Assembly (NCBI GenBank): GCA_964469605.1
Contig: CAYXZA010000001.1
Coordinates: 6,899-70,898, forward strand
Direction of reading: 5' to 3'
DNA from: an uncultured Candidatus Saccharibacteria bacterium
GTDB lineage: Bacteria > Patescibacteriota > Minisyncoccia > Phycocordibacterales > DATDWN01
DNA length: 64,000 nucleotides
Shown: positions 55,841 through 64,000 of the stretch, piece after piece
Position numbering within the stretch: position 1 is the first letter of the stretch
Layout of the letters: each line of letters starts with the position of its first letter
Program-made: the position numbers and the translations under genes
The notes under the pieces: model-generated
Told to the model about the DNA's origin: nothing
Databases searched by the model: none
The model's input: only the letters and a program-made list of their open reading frames with translations

Positions 55841-56038
55841 GCCCGCCTCGCCAAAAACAAAAACCCGAAGCCTGCGCGCATTCCTCCCCAGACCCCTCCT
55901 CCGCGCGGGCGAGTCCGAATTTCAAAAACAGATTAGCCGAATTTTTACGAATCCTTTCCCCAGAAAATATATTTCGCAAAAATTCGTCCATTTTATAGAT
56001 TTTCAAAATAGGTTCGGATTTGGTAATATAAATGCACC
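55841..56038 (-). repeat. Right terminal inverted repeat
   Basis: Reverse complement of the left TIR with scattered mismatches. Confidence 0.7.
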
Positions 56039-56236
56039 AGAATAGAACTTAACGATTTAGAACCTATTTGCAACTCTCGGAGGGAAATCTTCCACAAGTA
56101 AAACTTTTTCGTCAAAAAGTTTTCTCGTGTCCACGACTCGCGACCTAGCTTGCTAGCTGGGTACCCCGCTCCGTCTTTCGATTCCCTCTCGTAAAGCTCC
56201 ACTTTACTCTCGGCACAAAACAGCTTTGCAATTTTG

Positions 56237-56308
56237 TGCTCTCGGAGGGAATCGAACCCCCATCAAGGCCTTAGAAGAGCCCTGCTCTATCCATTGAGCT
56301 ACGAGAGC
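56237..56308 (-). tRNA. tRNA-Arg (anticodon TCT)
   Basis: Reverse complement GCTCTCG-TA-GCTC-AATGGATA-GAGC-A-GGGCT-CTTCTAA-GGCCT-TGAT-GGGGG-TTCGATT-CCCTC-CGAGAGC-A. Confidence 0.75.
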
Positions 56309-56337
56309 ATTTTTTTTGATTCTAACATAAAAAAAGT

Positions 56338-56652
56338 CTAAAAGAAAGGATTTGGTATATTTAAAACACCAGAATCAAGTTTTTCTCTTTTGCTATCCAT
56401 ATATTCAAAAAAGTCATTTAAATTTTTTTTATTTAATTTATACTCACGAACTTCCGTCTGAAAATCAACTTTCCAAAAAACACCAGAAGAAACTATTTTA
56501 AAAAGCCACAAACCTAAAAATCCAAAAATTATAACAAATAAAAATGTTGACATAATCATAAATATCCAATCTTTATCAGGACAAATAACTCGTCTTTTAT
56601 AAATACTCGATGATTTTAAAAATTTTATTTTATCTGTTATTTTTTTAAACAT
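56338..56652 (-). CDS. Hypothetical small membrane protein (last gene of the pilM-N-O-like operon)
   Basis: One transmembrane segment. Confidence 0.3.
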   Translation of the reverse strand: MFKKITDKIKFLKSSSIYKRRVICPDKDWIFMIMSTFLFVIIFGFLGLWLFKIVSSGVFWKVDFQTEVREYKLNKKNLNDFFEYMDSKREKLDSGVLNIPNPFF

Positions 56653-56654
56653 AT

Positions 56655-57185
56655 TTAATTTTTTTCAACAATATAAACCTCCAAAAAACCTTTTAAAATT
56701 TTGTTTTTCAAATCTTCTGGTTTAGATATGGAAAACTTGTTTATAAATATATGATAAGGCAACATTTCAACCAGATTCAAAAACCTGTATATCCCCTCCC
56801 AAGAGCCTTTTATATTTATTTTAACAACCAAATAAACCAAATTATTTTTTGCCAAAACTTGATCTTTTTCTATATTTATAGAAGATATTTCAACATCTAG
56901 TTTATTATCCTTTGCAAAAGATTCAAGATTTTCTATAAAAACAACTTCCTGATCTTTTGTTAAAAAGTAGCTATTTATAGAATCAATATCTGGTTTGATT
57001 TTTTGATAACTAGATCTGATATCACTTATATTGTTTTTTATTTTTTGATCCTCATATAGAGACTGATAATTTTCTTTTATTGTAAAAGTTAGTTCTTTAA
57101 ATTTTTTATAAGCAAAAAACCATATTGCACCAAAACACAGAAAAGTTAATATTATCAATATTATGTTTTTATAATTATTTTTCAT
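56655..57185 (-). CDS. PilO-like type IV pilus assembly protein
   Basis: N-terminal transmembrane segment plus a coiled/periplasmic domain. Position in the operon after PilM and PilN. Confidence 0.4.
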   Translation of the reverse strand: MKNNYKNIILIILTFLCFGAIWFFAYKKFKELTFTIKENYQSLYEDQKIKNNISDIRSSYQKIKPDIDSINSYFLTKDQEVVFIENLESFAKDNKLDVEISSINIEKDQVLAKNNLVYLVVKINIKGSWEGIYRFLNLVEMLPYHIFINKFSISKPEDLKNKILKGFLEVYIVEKN

Positions 57186-57721
57186 ATAGAAGTTTTTACA
57201 TCAAAAGAAAATTCTATGTTTTTATCTTTTGCAAAATTTGAAATTGGTAAATTTAAATCTTTAAAAATCGGATTTGAAGATATTTCTTTTGAAAACATAA
57301 TCAAAGAATCTCTGTTTGAAGCCACACCTTTAATGGTAAATATAGCTGTACTTGACGACAATCTTTGATACAAAATATCTGTCATTTTTATACCAGTATT
57401 GCTAGATAAAATAACCTTTGAAAGCATAAAAGTTGAATAAAAAGATGGTTTTGAGGAGTTGATATAAGCTAGTAAATTATTGGTACTATCAAATATCTCT
57501 TTTGTTTCTTCATCTTCTTTAGATGAAAAAGAGTTTCTAAAAGAGTCGTTTATAGTTAAAACATATTTTTTTTCAGACCAGATAGCAACAAAAGATGGTG
57601 TTAAAACTATTGTTATAAAAAAGAATAAAAATAGTAGAAAAAGAAATATCATAAAAAACCTCCTGTTTTTATAATCAGATTCAATATTTTTCTTTAAATC
57701 TTTTGTTAGAACATTGAACAT
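57182..57721 (-). CDS. PilN-like type IV pilus assembly protein
   Basis: Single N-terminal transmembrane segment. Overlapping start/stop with its neighbours. Confidence 0.4.
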   Translation of the reverse strand: MFNVLTKDLKKNIESDYKNRRFFMIFLFLLFLFFFITIVLTPSFVAIWSEKKYVLTINDSFRNSFSSKEDEETKEIFDSTNNLLAYINSSKPSFYSTFMLSKVILSSNTGIKMTDILYQRLSSSTAIFTIKGVASNRDSLIMFSKEISSNPIFKDLNLPISNFAKDKNIEFSFDVKTSI

Positions 57722-57725
57722 ATTT

Positions 57726-58691
57726 TTATATACAAATAAATTTCTTTGGAATAGCTAAACCAATAGCCGAGGCATACCTCAAAGAATCCTCAAAACCAAT
57801 TTCCGGAACACTATCCTTTAAATCAAAAACATTACTCCAAACATTAGCCAAAGATGCTTTTACACCAGTTGTTTGAGAAATTATATCTAAACAAGAATTA
57901 TCAAAATCACTGCCACAAACAATTATTTTATTAAAATGTAAATTTTTGTCTTTGCTAATACTATCACTCCAATAATTTATAACTTTTAAAACTTCGAAAG
58001 CAGCTTTGTTATAAAAACCATCTTGGTTTTTTAAAATACTGATAGTTGAAGTAAATCTAACAATATTATCCTTTACCACATAAACACCTATCTTGTCAGA
58101 AGAAAAATGAACTATCATATACAAATCTTTGTCAGTATCCTTTATAACAGCATCAGCAGTTGTCTGAGATTCTATGCTCATATTAAACAAAGAGAAACCG
58201 GCCGATATTATAACTTCTTCATAACTTTCAATTGTGTTTTTAGGTAGAGCCGAAACTACAAGTTTTAGAGAGTCAATTTTTTCTTCCAAAATAACATAAT
58301 CAAAAATAGTTTCGGGTGCTTTCAAAGGAACACTTTCTTCTATTTTAAATTCAATAGTGCTTTTTATTTCACTTTGTAAAACTTTTGGAATCTCAGTTTC
58401 AAAAAGATAAACTTTCTCTTCTGGCATAGATGCTCTAACAGCAGAAAAACCAGTTTCTTTTCTGACTTTTTCAAGTAAAGAGATGAGATCTTCTTTGTTT
58501 TGTATCTCTCCGGAAACAATCACACCATCTGGTATAGAAACTTCTTTGTGACAAATAATATGCAAACCTTTAGAATCCTCGTTTAAAGCAACCAGTCTTA
58601 TATGATTATCTGAAATAGAAAGACCTGCGGTTGGTTTTTTTAAATATTTTGGGGTGGGAAAAAATTTATATAATTTTTCAACAAAAGACAT
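57726..58691 (-). CDS. pilM: PilM-like actin-fold type IV pilus assembly ATPase
   Basis: N-terminal LSISDNHIRLVAL and an overall actin/FtsA-like fold pattern of about 320 aa. Confidence 0.55.
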   Translation of the reverse strand: MSFVEKLYKFFPTPKYLKKPTAGLSISDNHIRLVALNEDSKGLHIICHKEVSIPDGVIVSGEIQNKEDLISLLEKVRKETGFSAVRASMPEEKVYLFETEIPKVLQSEIKSTIEFKIEESVPLKAPETIFDYVILEEKIDSLKLVVSALPKNTIESYEEVIISAGFSLFNMSIESQTTADAVIKDTDKDLYMIVHFSSDKIGVYVVKDNIVRFTSTISILKNQDGFYNKAAFEVLKVINYWSDSISKDKNLHFNKIIVCGSDFDNSCLDIISQTTGVKASLANVWSNVFDLKDSVPEIGFEDSLRYASAIGLAIPKKFICI

Positions 58692-58731
58692 AGATATATT
58701 ATATCAATATTGTTATATAAAAGAAGTCTGT

Positions 58732-59064
58732 TTATAACAATCTACTTCCTATCTCTATTTTTTCAGAAACATTTAACAGTGAAAAATCCTCTCCACTTGA
58801 AACAGCAAAAAGCATACCGTTACTTTCCATACCCATCATCTCTCTTGGCTTGAGGTTTGTAATAAACGGACATTTAACGCCAACTAAAACAGATTGATCT
58901 GGGAAAAATTTTGCTATTCCTGATAAAATAACTCTGGGACTTTCCTCACCAACATCAACGAGAAGTTTCAAGAGTTTGTTTGAACCTTCAATATTTGAAA
59001 CTTCAAGTATCTTCCCTATCTTTATCTCAACTTTTTTTAAATCATCTATATCTATTTTTTCCAT
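58732..59064 (-). CDS. tRNA-binding OB-fold protein (CsaA/Trbp111-like)
   Basis: The ~110 aa protein KIGKILEVSNIEGSNKLLKLLVDVGEE...ESNGMLFA matches the tRNA-binding domain found at the MetRS/PheT termini. Confidence 0.65.
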   Translation of the reverse strand: MEKIDIDDLKKVEIKIGKILEVSNIEGSNKLLKLLVDVGEESPRVILSGIAKFFPDQSVLVGVKCPFITNLKPREMMGMESNGMLFAVSSGEDFSLLNVSEKIEIGSRLL

Positions 59065-59065
59065 T

Positions 59066-59458
59066 TTAATTTGAATTTATTTTATCTAAATAACCTTGTA
59101 ATATAAGTGAAGCAGCGGAAGCATCATGCATATCATTTTCTCCAGTAAATCTTTTTGCTTCAACAGATGTTAAAAACTCTGGATGAAAGACGACTGGCAA
59201 ATCTGAAACCTTTGAAAAATCATCTTTAAAGATTTTAATTTTTTCCATTATTGGATTCTCATTGCCACTAAAATCTTTTGACTCACCCAAGACCAAAGTT
59301 TTAATATTGTTTTTTTGGCAAATTTCTAATATTTCAGAAACTATATTTTTTGAGTTTTTTAAAACAATAAGTGGAAATGCTATTTTACCCAAATCATCAG
59401 AAACAGCTAATCCTATATTTTTTAAACCAAAATCAACACCTAAATATTTATTAAACAT
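59066..59458 (-). CDS. ruvX: Putative pre-16S rRNA nuclease / Holliday junction resolvase-like YqgF
   Basis: N-terminal LGVDFGLKNIGLAVSD and an RNase H-like fold. 130 aa. Confidence 0.85.
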   Translation of the reverse strand: MFNKYLGVDFGLKNIGLAVSDDLGKIAFPLIVLKNSKNIVSEILEICQKNNIKTLVLGESKDFSGNENPIMEKIKIFKDDFSKVSDLPVVFHPEFLTSVEAKRFTGENDMHDASAASLILQGYLDKINSN

Positions 59459-59533
59459 TTTATAAATCTAACATAAAAACAGTAAAAAAACAGCAAATCT
59501 AAATTTGCATAATTTGCTTTTTTTCAGTAATAT

Positions 59534-59746
59534 ATGAAAATGACTGATATAAATCCAGTTATATTGATTGTTATCTTTCTTTGGAGCCTCCCTTGGAAAG
59601 GATTGGCCTTATGGAAAGCATCGAGACTAAATCACAGAAACTGGTTTATAGTTCTGCTTTTAGTCAACACTTTGGCAATAGTTGATATATATTACATATA
59701 TAAAATTGCAAATAAATACAAAGTGGAAGTTGAAGAATCAGTTTAA
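59534..59746 (+). CDS. Small hypothetical membrane protein
   Basis: Two hydrophobic segments. Confidence 0.3.
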   Translation: MKMTDINPVILIVIFLWSLPWKGLALWKASRLNHRNWFIVLLLVNTLAIVDIYYIYKIANKYKVEVEESV

Positions 59747-59755
59747 ATTAAATAC

Positions 59756-59842
59756 GGATGGGTGGCCGAGTGGTTTAAGGCAACAGTCTTGAAAACTGTC
59801 GTGCTCGTAAGGGTACCGTGAGTTCGAATCTCACCCCATCCG
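59756..59842 (+). tRNA. tRNA-Ser (anticodon TGA)
   Basis: GGATGGG-TG-GCCGAGTGGTTTAAGGC-A-ACAGT-CTTGAAA-ACTGT + long variable arm + GTGAG-TTCGAAT-CTCAC-CCCATCC-G. Confidence 0.85.
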
Positions 59843-60197
59843 CATCGTAATATCATCGGATGTATTTGCCATCAGATTGAACAGAGAACGCAAGGTAAAA
59901 CTTAGCGTTTTTTTGTTTAAGATACAGTTAGAAAGTAAGAAACCTAAAAGTTGTCATTTTCCTTTACTTCTTTACTTCAGAACTCATAAAGATTTCTTGC
60001 TCATTTAGCTAGATTTAACATTGTATTTACACTGATATAAAACTGTTCATCAGCATCAGAATGACCCCATATCTGTTCAAGTAATTCTGATTACTTTCAT
60101 TTATACTCTCTCAATAAGCTGTCATACATTTCATCTGTAATTCCCCATAGTTGACATTTAATAAAAAAGATTTATGCTATTCTTTAGAGGAGTAATT

Positions 60198-60539
60198 ATG
60201 GGAAAAGTCATCCCATTCAAAAAAAATCCAAACAAGCCAGTACAAACACGCCATTCAAGTGTAGGTCTGCACAAAAATATTGCGCCTCTGATTCCTGGTC
60301 TGGAAAGTGAATTAAACAGAATTGGAATCGAGATTGATCCTGTATTAAAAATCCGTGCTTATCTTAATTCCCTTCAGGGATACATATCGCAACACGCGAT
60401 TGCAACAGGAAGAAACATACTAAAAAACTACACTCTCGAAGAACTTAAAACTTTCGCCAAAAACAGCAATGAAAATCAATGGAATGCTAAACCTGGATAC
60501 TTCGTCGCTCTGTGCGATGAAATCGATGCTCGAGGATAA
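60198..60539 (+). CDS. Hypothetical protein (strong SD) in a ~0.8 kb compositionally distinct segment after tRNA-Ser
   Basis: tagaggagtaattATG start. No recognisable motif. Confidence 0.35.
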   Translation: MGKVIPFKKNPNKPVQTRHSSVGLHKNIAPLIPGLESELNRIGIEIDPVLKIRAYLNSLQGYISQHAIATGRNILKNYTLEELKTFAKNSNENQWNAKPGYFVALCDEIDARG

Positions 60540-60732
60540 TGCCCGTCTTCCTGTACAGTAAAATCTGTCTCAAGGCGGGTTTTCTGTTACCAAATAGTTT
60601 ATACTATATTCCTAGCCACCATGGTTCCAACTTCGAACCACACTCCCCGCATTCAAAAAATGGCTCAAATATTGAGTCATTTTTACCCAAGGTAAGATAT
60701 GAACTTTTCTAATAATTTGATATTATGTTGCT

Positions 60733-61449
60733 ATGAACAAAAACAAACAAATGGTTACTGACCCTGTTATATCAGCTCAGCAACCACATAAATACTTGGG
60801 AATTTTTGGGATGCTTTGGGTTACAGTTTTATTGGTAGGAACTTTTACCTCGTTAAAAACCTTCTATATTGGTAGTTTTGTATTTTCTGTTGGAGCAATT
60901 GCATATCCATTTGTGTATATATTTGCAGATATTTTTACAGAAGTATATGGCTACAGAGTGACCCGAAAAATTGTTTGGACTGGATTTGCTTGTATGCTTC
61001 TATCCACAACCCTAACTTCTATTTATAGTTTTGTTCCTAACCCTGGCTTTGAATACAACGATGCATTTAATTTGATTTTTAGGTCTGCTCCAATTGTTGC
61101 ACTAGGTTTTATTATTGCGTTCTTTGCTGGAGAACTTACAAACTCATACATTGTTGCGAAAATGAAATTGTGGACTAAGGGTAAATATGTAGGTGCAAGA
61201 CTTGTTATATCTACTTTATTTGGACAAACAGTTGATAATACAATAGCTTTCTTTACCGCCTTTTATTTTGCTGGATGGTTTACTGCAAGTGAAATAATCC
61301 CTTTAACTATTACAACTGTTGTCTTCTGTACAACTTGGGAAATAATCGCACTGCCTATAACCCAAAAAGTAATAAAAATTATTAAGCACAAAGAAGGACT
61401 AGATACTTATGACTACGGGACTAACTTCAGCCCATTTAGTTTAAAGTAG
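60733..61449 (+). CDS. yhhQ: YhhQ/COG1738-family transporter (queuosine-precursor transporter family)
   Basis: AIAYPFVYIFADIFTEVYG and ...STLFGQTVDNTIAFFTAFYFAG blocks resemble E. coli YhhQ (AFSFPFIFLATDLTVRIFG; STLFGNVSDTLAFFFIAF). Confidence 0.65.
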   Translation: MNKNKQMVTDPVISAQQPHKYLGIFGMLWVTVLLVGTFTSLKTFYIGSFVFSVGAIAYPFVYIFADIFTEVYGYRVTRKIVWTGFACMLLSTTLTSIYSFVPNPGFEYNDAFNLIFRSAPIVALGFIIAFFAGELTNSYIVAKMKLWTKGKYVGARLVISTLFGQTVDNTIAFFTAFYFAGWFTASEIIPLTITTVVFCTTWEIIALPITQKVIKIIKHKEGLDTYDYGTNFSPFSLK

Positions 61450-61587
61450 AAGAGTTCTTGGTTCATTTCTGTCAAATCACTAGTTCTAAAAACATCTAAC
61501 CATTCCATCACTCAAAATATGGCTTAAATTTTTAGCCGTATTTTGCACTAGCAGTAAGATACAAATTTTAGTACACTTTTAACCACA

Positions 61588-62283
61588 ATGAATAAAATAG
61601 ATAAAAGATTTGCAAATAGAATAGGAGTGGAATATAACTTATTTCCTTTAGCTGCTCCACACTACAATGAACTTCAATTTAAATTAGCTGAATTGATTAT
61701 TAAATACAAAGTTAAAAATCCAATAATTTTAGAAATTGGATGTGGAACTGGTCTTACTACTACGGAATTACATAAAGCTAGACCAGATGCAAAAATTGTT
61801 GCTATTGATGCGGAAGAAATTATGGTTAAACAAGCTAAAAGTTTTTTAGCCGATAATAAAATAGAAATCGTTTGGATTGATGCTTTGGAATATTTAAAGA
61901 AACTGGAATCACAAAGTTTAGATATAGTAGTTTCAGCTTTCTGTCTACACAATACACCCTTAAAATACAGGAGAGAGGTTTTTGAAGAAATCAGTAGAGT
62001 ATTAAAGCCGAACGGACTTTGCATCAATGGAGATAAAATTGCACTAGATAACGAAGAAGCACACAAAAAAACTTTAGAAAAACAAATAGAAGCATTTGCT
62101 GTATTCAAAAATACGGAATATCCAGAACTTCAAGAAGAGTGGACAAAACATTATCTTGAAGACGATAAAACAAAACTTACTGAAAAGGAACAAATGGAAC
62201 TGTTAAAACTAGCTGGTTGTCAAGATATAAAAATGAAGCAACGTTGGTTAATGGATGCTATATATGTTGGAATAAAGAAATAA
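61588..62283 (+). CDS. Class I SAM-dependent methyltransferase
   Basis: Motif I ILEIGCGTGLTT and post-I acidic IDAEE. Confidence 0.65.
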   Translation: MNKIDKRFANRIGVEYNLFPLAAPHYNELQFKLAELIIKYKVKNPIILEIGCGTGLTTTELHKARPDAKIVAIDAEEIMVKQAKSFLADNKIEIVWIDALEYLKKLESQSLDIVVSAFCLHNTPLKYRREVFEEISRVLKPNGLCINGDKIALDNEEAHKKTLEKQIEAFAVFKNTEYPELQEEWTKHYLEDDKTKLTEKEQMELLKLAGCQDIKMKQRWLMDAIYVGIKK

Positions 62284-62369
62284 AAGTTTTAATTACTATT
62301 ACAAAATATTACAGTTACCAATTTTATAAACACACAAAACTACTACCACAATCTGCTATAATATCTATT

Positions 62370-63140
62370 ATGTATAAATCACACTCAACAGAGTATTATA
62401 AAGCTCGTTTTGGTCTACCAGAAGATTACACCATTAATGGTTTATTATCTTACGGAGCATGGGACGAACAAAAACATTTCAACAAGATTCATAAAATACT
62501 AGATGAATTGAATATAAAATATTCAAGCAAACAGTTGACTGGATTTTTAAGTCATATTTATGAAATAGAAATTCAAGGAAAACTCTATTGGTTTACCCTT
62601 TTATACGGAGGAGCTATGTTATCAGAATATACACACCTAGCCTGTCTATTTGGTTCAAATAAAAATATACACATAGGAAGTTGTGGTGGACTATATCCTC
62701 AAATGAATTCTTTGGATTTTCTCATTCCTAAATGGAGTTTTGGCAACGATAGCATAACAAGAGTATATAACCGAAACTCGACAGACTTTAAACATTATTC
62801 AAACGAAAAACTTTCAAAATCCTTGAAAGAAAAAATAACACTTTCAAACAAAATATGGGATGGACCTATTGTAACTTGCCAAGGTATGATGGGAGAAACT
62901 TTTGAAGATGTCCAGAATTGGTCAAAAGATGGTTTCTATGGAGTGGAGATGGAGACTTCTACAGTTTTTTCTGTATCTAATTTTCACAAAATCCCCTGCG
63001 CTTCACTAGTTTATGTATCAGACAATATGATCAAGGGTCAAACCATAGGAGACGAAAGTCATATTGCAGAAAAAGAGCTGAGGGAAAAATCAAAAGATGA
63101 AGTTTACAAAGCTGGCCTTAAAGTTCTTATTGAAAATTAA
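62370..63140 (+). CDS. PNP/UDP-family nucleoside phosphorylase or nucleosidase-like protein (start set at internal ATG 62370)
   Basis: IHIGSCGGL (glycine-rich phosphate/ribose loop) and GVEMETSTVF (EME motif) are typical of the PNP/MTAN/UDP family. The ORF track extends to 62217 but that overlaps the preceding gene. Confidence 0.5.
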   Translation: MYKSHSTEYYKARFGLPEDYTINGLLSYGAWDEQKHFNKIHKILDELNIKYSSKQLTGFLSHIYEIEIQGKLYWFTLLYGGAMLSEYTHLACLFGSNKNIHIGSCGGLYPQMNSLDFLIPKWSFGNDSITRVYNRNSTDFKHYSNEKLSKSLKEKITLSNKIWDGPIVTCQGMMGETFEDVQNWSKDGFYGVEMETSTVFSVSNFHKIPCASLVYVSDNMIKGQTIGDESHIAEKELREKSKDEVYKAGLKVLIEN

Positions 63141-63261
63141 ACAGCTTAAATACACAACACTTATATATTAAAATAGGAATTTAATATATAAATATTTTAT
63201 TAAATTTTTCTAAGTAAATATTATTGAGACACTAAAACTGACCACTAAAAGATAATGGATT

Positions 63262-63879
63262 TTACTGAGATAAACCTATTTTAATACCCATTAATTTCCA
63301 ATTTGGATATTCATATATATATTTTAGTTGAAAATTAATTGTCGAAGAATTTTGGTAAGGATAATAACCTTTGAGAATCAGAATCTCATCCTCATTGATT
63401 ATTGGTTTTTCGGTAAACACAAGGTCAGTATCCTTCAAATTGGTTATATCTATTTTTTGATCTACAAAAGATTTGAATATATCTTGAATTTTTTCAGGAG
63501 TTATTTGATTTTGCCAAAACTTTGATATTGACGAATAAAACACAGAAAAATCATTATTCTTTACCGCCTCGGCAAAAAGTTGTATAGAATCATTTGTTAA
63601 TTTTACTAAATCAGTATCACTGGGAATAGTTTTTGTTTGAGACACTCCCCTTTTCACATCAATACCTAAAATCTTCCACTTTCCATCTTCTTTTATTAGG
63701 CTAATTTTTACTGGAACTGTTTGGTTATTTTTGGTTTTAATATTACCTTCAAGTTCGGCAATGCCTGGATTTATCGTTCTTGAATTCCAAAAAACACTAT
63801 TAAAATCATTTATGGAATATGTTTCGATAAAAATTTTAAAATTTTCTAATGTTGTTTTGTCTTTAAATTGTATAGACAA
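63262..63879 (-). CDS. Hypothetical protein
   Basis: ORF only. Confidence 0.3.
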   Translation of the reverse strand: MSIQFKDKTTLENFKIFIETYSINDFNSVFWNSRTINPGIAELEGNIKTKNNQTVPVKISLIKEDGKWKILGIDVKRGVSQTKTIPSDTDLVKLTNDSIQLFAEAVKNNDFSVFYSSISKFWQNQITPEKIQDIFKSFVDQKIDITNLKDTDLVFTEKPIINEDEILILKGYYPYQNSSTINFQLKYIYEYPNWKLMGIKIGLSQ

Positions 63880-64000
63880 AGTTTCATATGCACTATCAAT
63901 TTGACCATTTTTTATTAATGAAAAGAAATTATCTGCTGATTTAGCCGCACCACTTGTAAGATAGAAAACTAGACTAATAATAATTCCGATTGAAACAATA

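Larger units (their letters stand above)
53925..56038. mobile_element. TIR-bounded 2.1 kb cargo element (no transposase) between tRNA-Val and tRNA-Arg
   Basis: A ~200 bp left TIR (53925-54124) and a ~198 bp right TIR (55841-56038) are reverse complements at roughly 90% identity. They start ggtgcatttatattaccaaatccgaacc... and end ...gcgggcgggtttcgggtttttgtttttggcgaggcgggc. The interior GC is clearly higher than in the flanks. Confidence 0.5.

Noticed and set aside
53925-56038. Transposase or integrase within or beside the TIR-bounded element
   Set aside because: I inspected all ORFs between tRNA-Val and tRNA-Arg. Only the P-loop kinase and HD hydrolase are credible, and neither has DDE, HUH, serine-recombinase or tyrosine-recombinase motifs. 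The element is therefore called non-autonomous.

Overview
This is a 64 kb window from a compact, AT-rich bacterial chromosome (roughly 30% GC, small genes, short intergenic regions). The housekeeping content and style suggest a Patescibacteria/CPR-like organism, but that is inference. The backbone is ordinary core genes: ftsK, recA, efp, rpsF-ssb-rpsR, tatD, metG, glyQS, recO, ileS, alr, argS, dut, rplK-nusG-secE, folD, rplS, a RluA-family pseudouridine synthase, uppS, ruvX, two M16 peptidases, an ABC exporter, two AI-2E permeases, a pilMNO-like operon, five tRNAs and two very large Ser/Thr-rich surface proteins. Four things stand out against this backbone.

1. A roughly 3 kb GC-rich island lies between alr and argS (about 26170-29190). 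It carries three paralogous genes of unknown function. Each has its own near-consensus sigma70 promoter, a conserved 5'UTR hairpin and a hairpin terminator. One gene contains a 225 bp tandem duplication.

2. A 2.1 kb element (53925-56038) is bounded by about 200 bp imperfect terminal inverted repeats. It sits between tRNA-Val and tRNA-Arg, is richer in GC than its surroundings, and carries a P-loop kinase and an HD-domain phosphohydrolase. I found no transposase or integrase in it.

3. Next to dut is a translationally coupled four-gene operon (31355-36177). It encodes a hypothetical protein, a tandem-domain deaminase with a cytidine-deaminase-like fold, an 804 aa protein whose C-terminal half resembles thymidylate synthase or dCMP hydroxymethylase, and a HAD phosphatase. 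A protein resembling nucleoside deoxyribosyltransferase lies just downstream.

4. The isoleucyl-tRNA synthetase gene contains an inserted domain with histidine-phosphatase (RHG...SHG) motifs.

I also see several intergenic repeat families whose hairpins show covarying bases, two copies of a GC-rich multi-hairpin element, and a duplicated 3' end of tRNA-Leu. No CRISPR array or rRNA gene is present. Every functional call rests on motif recognition in the supplied translations; I ran no database searches.
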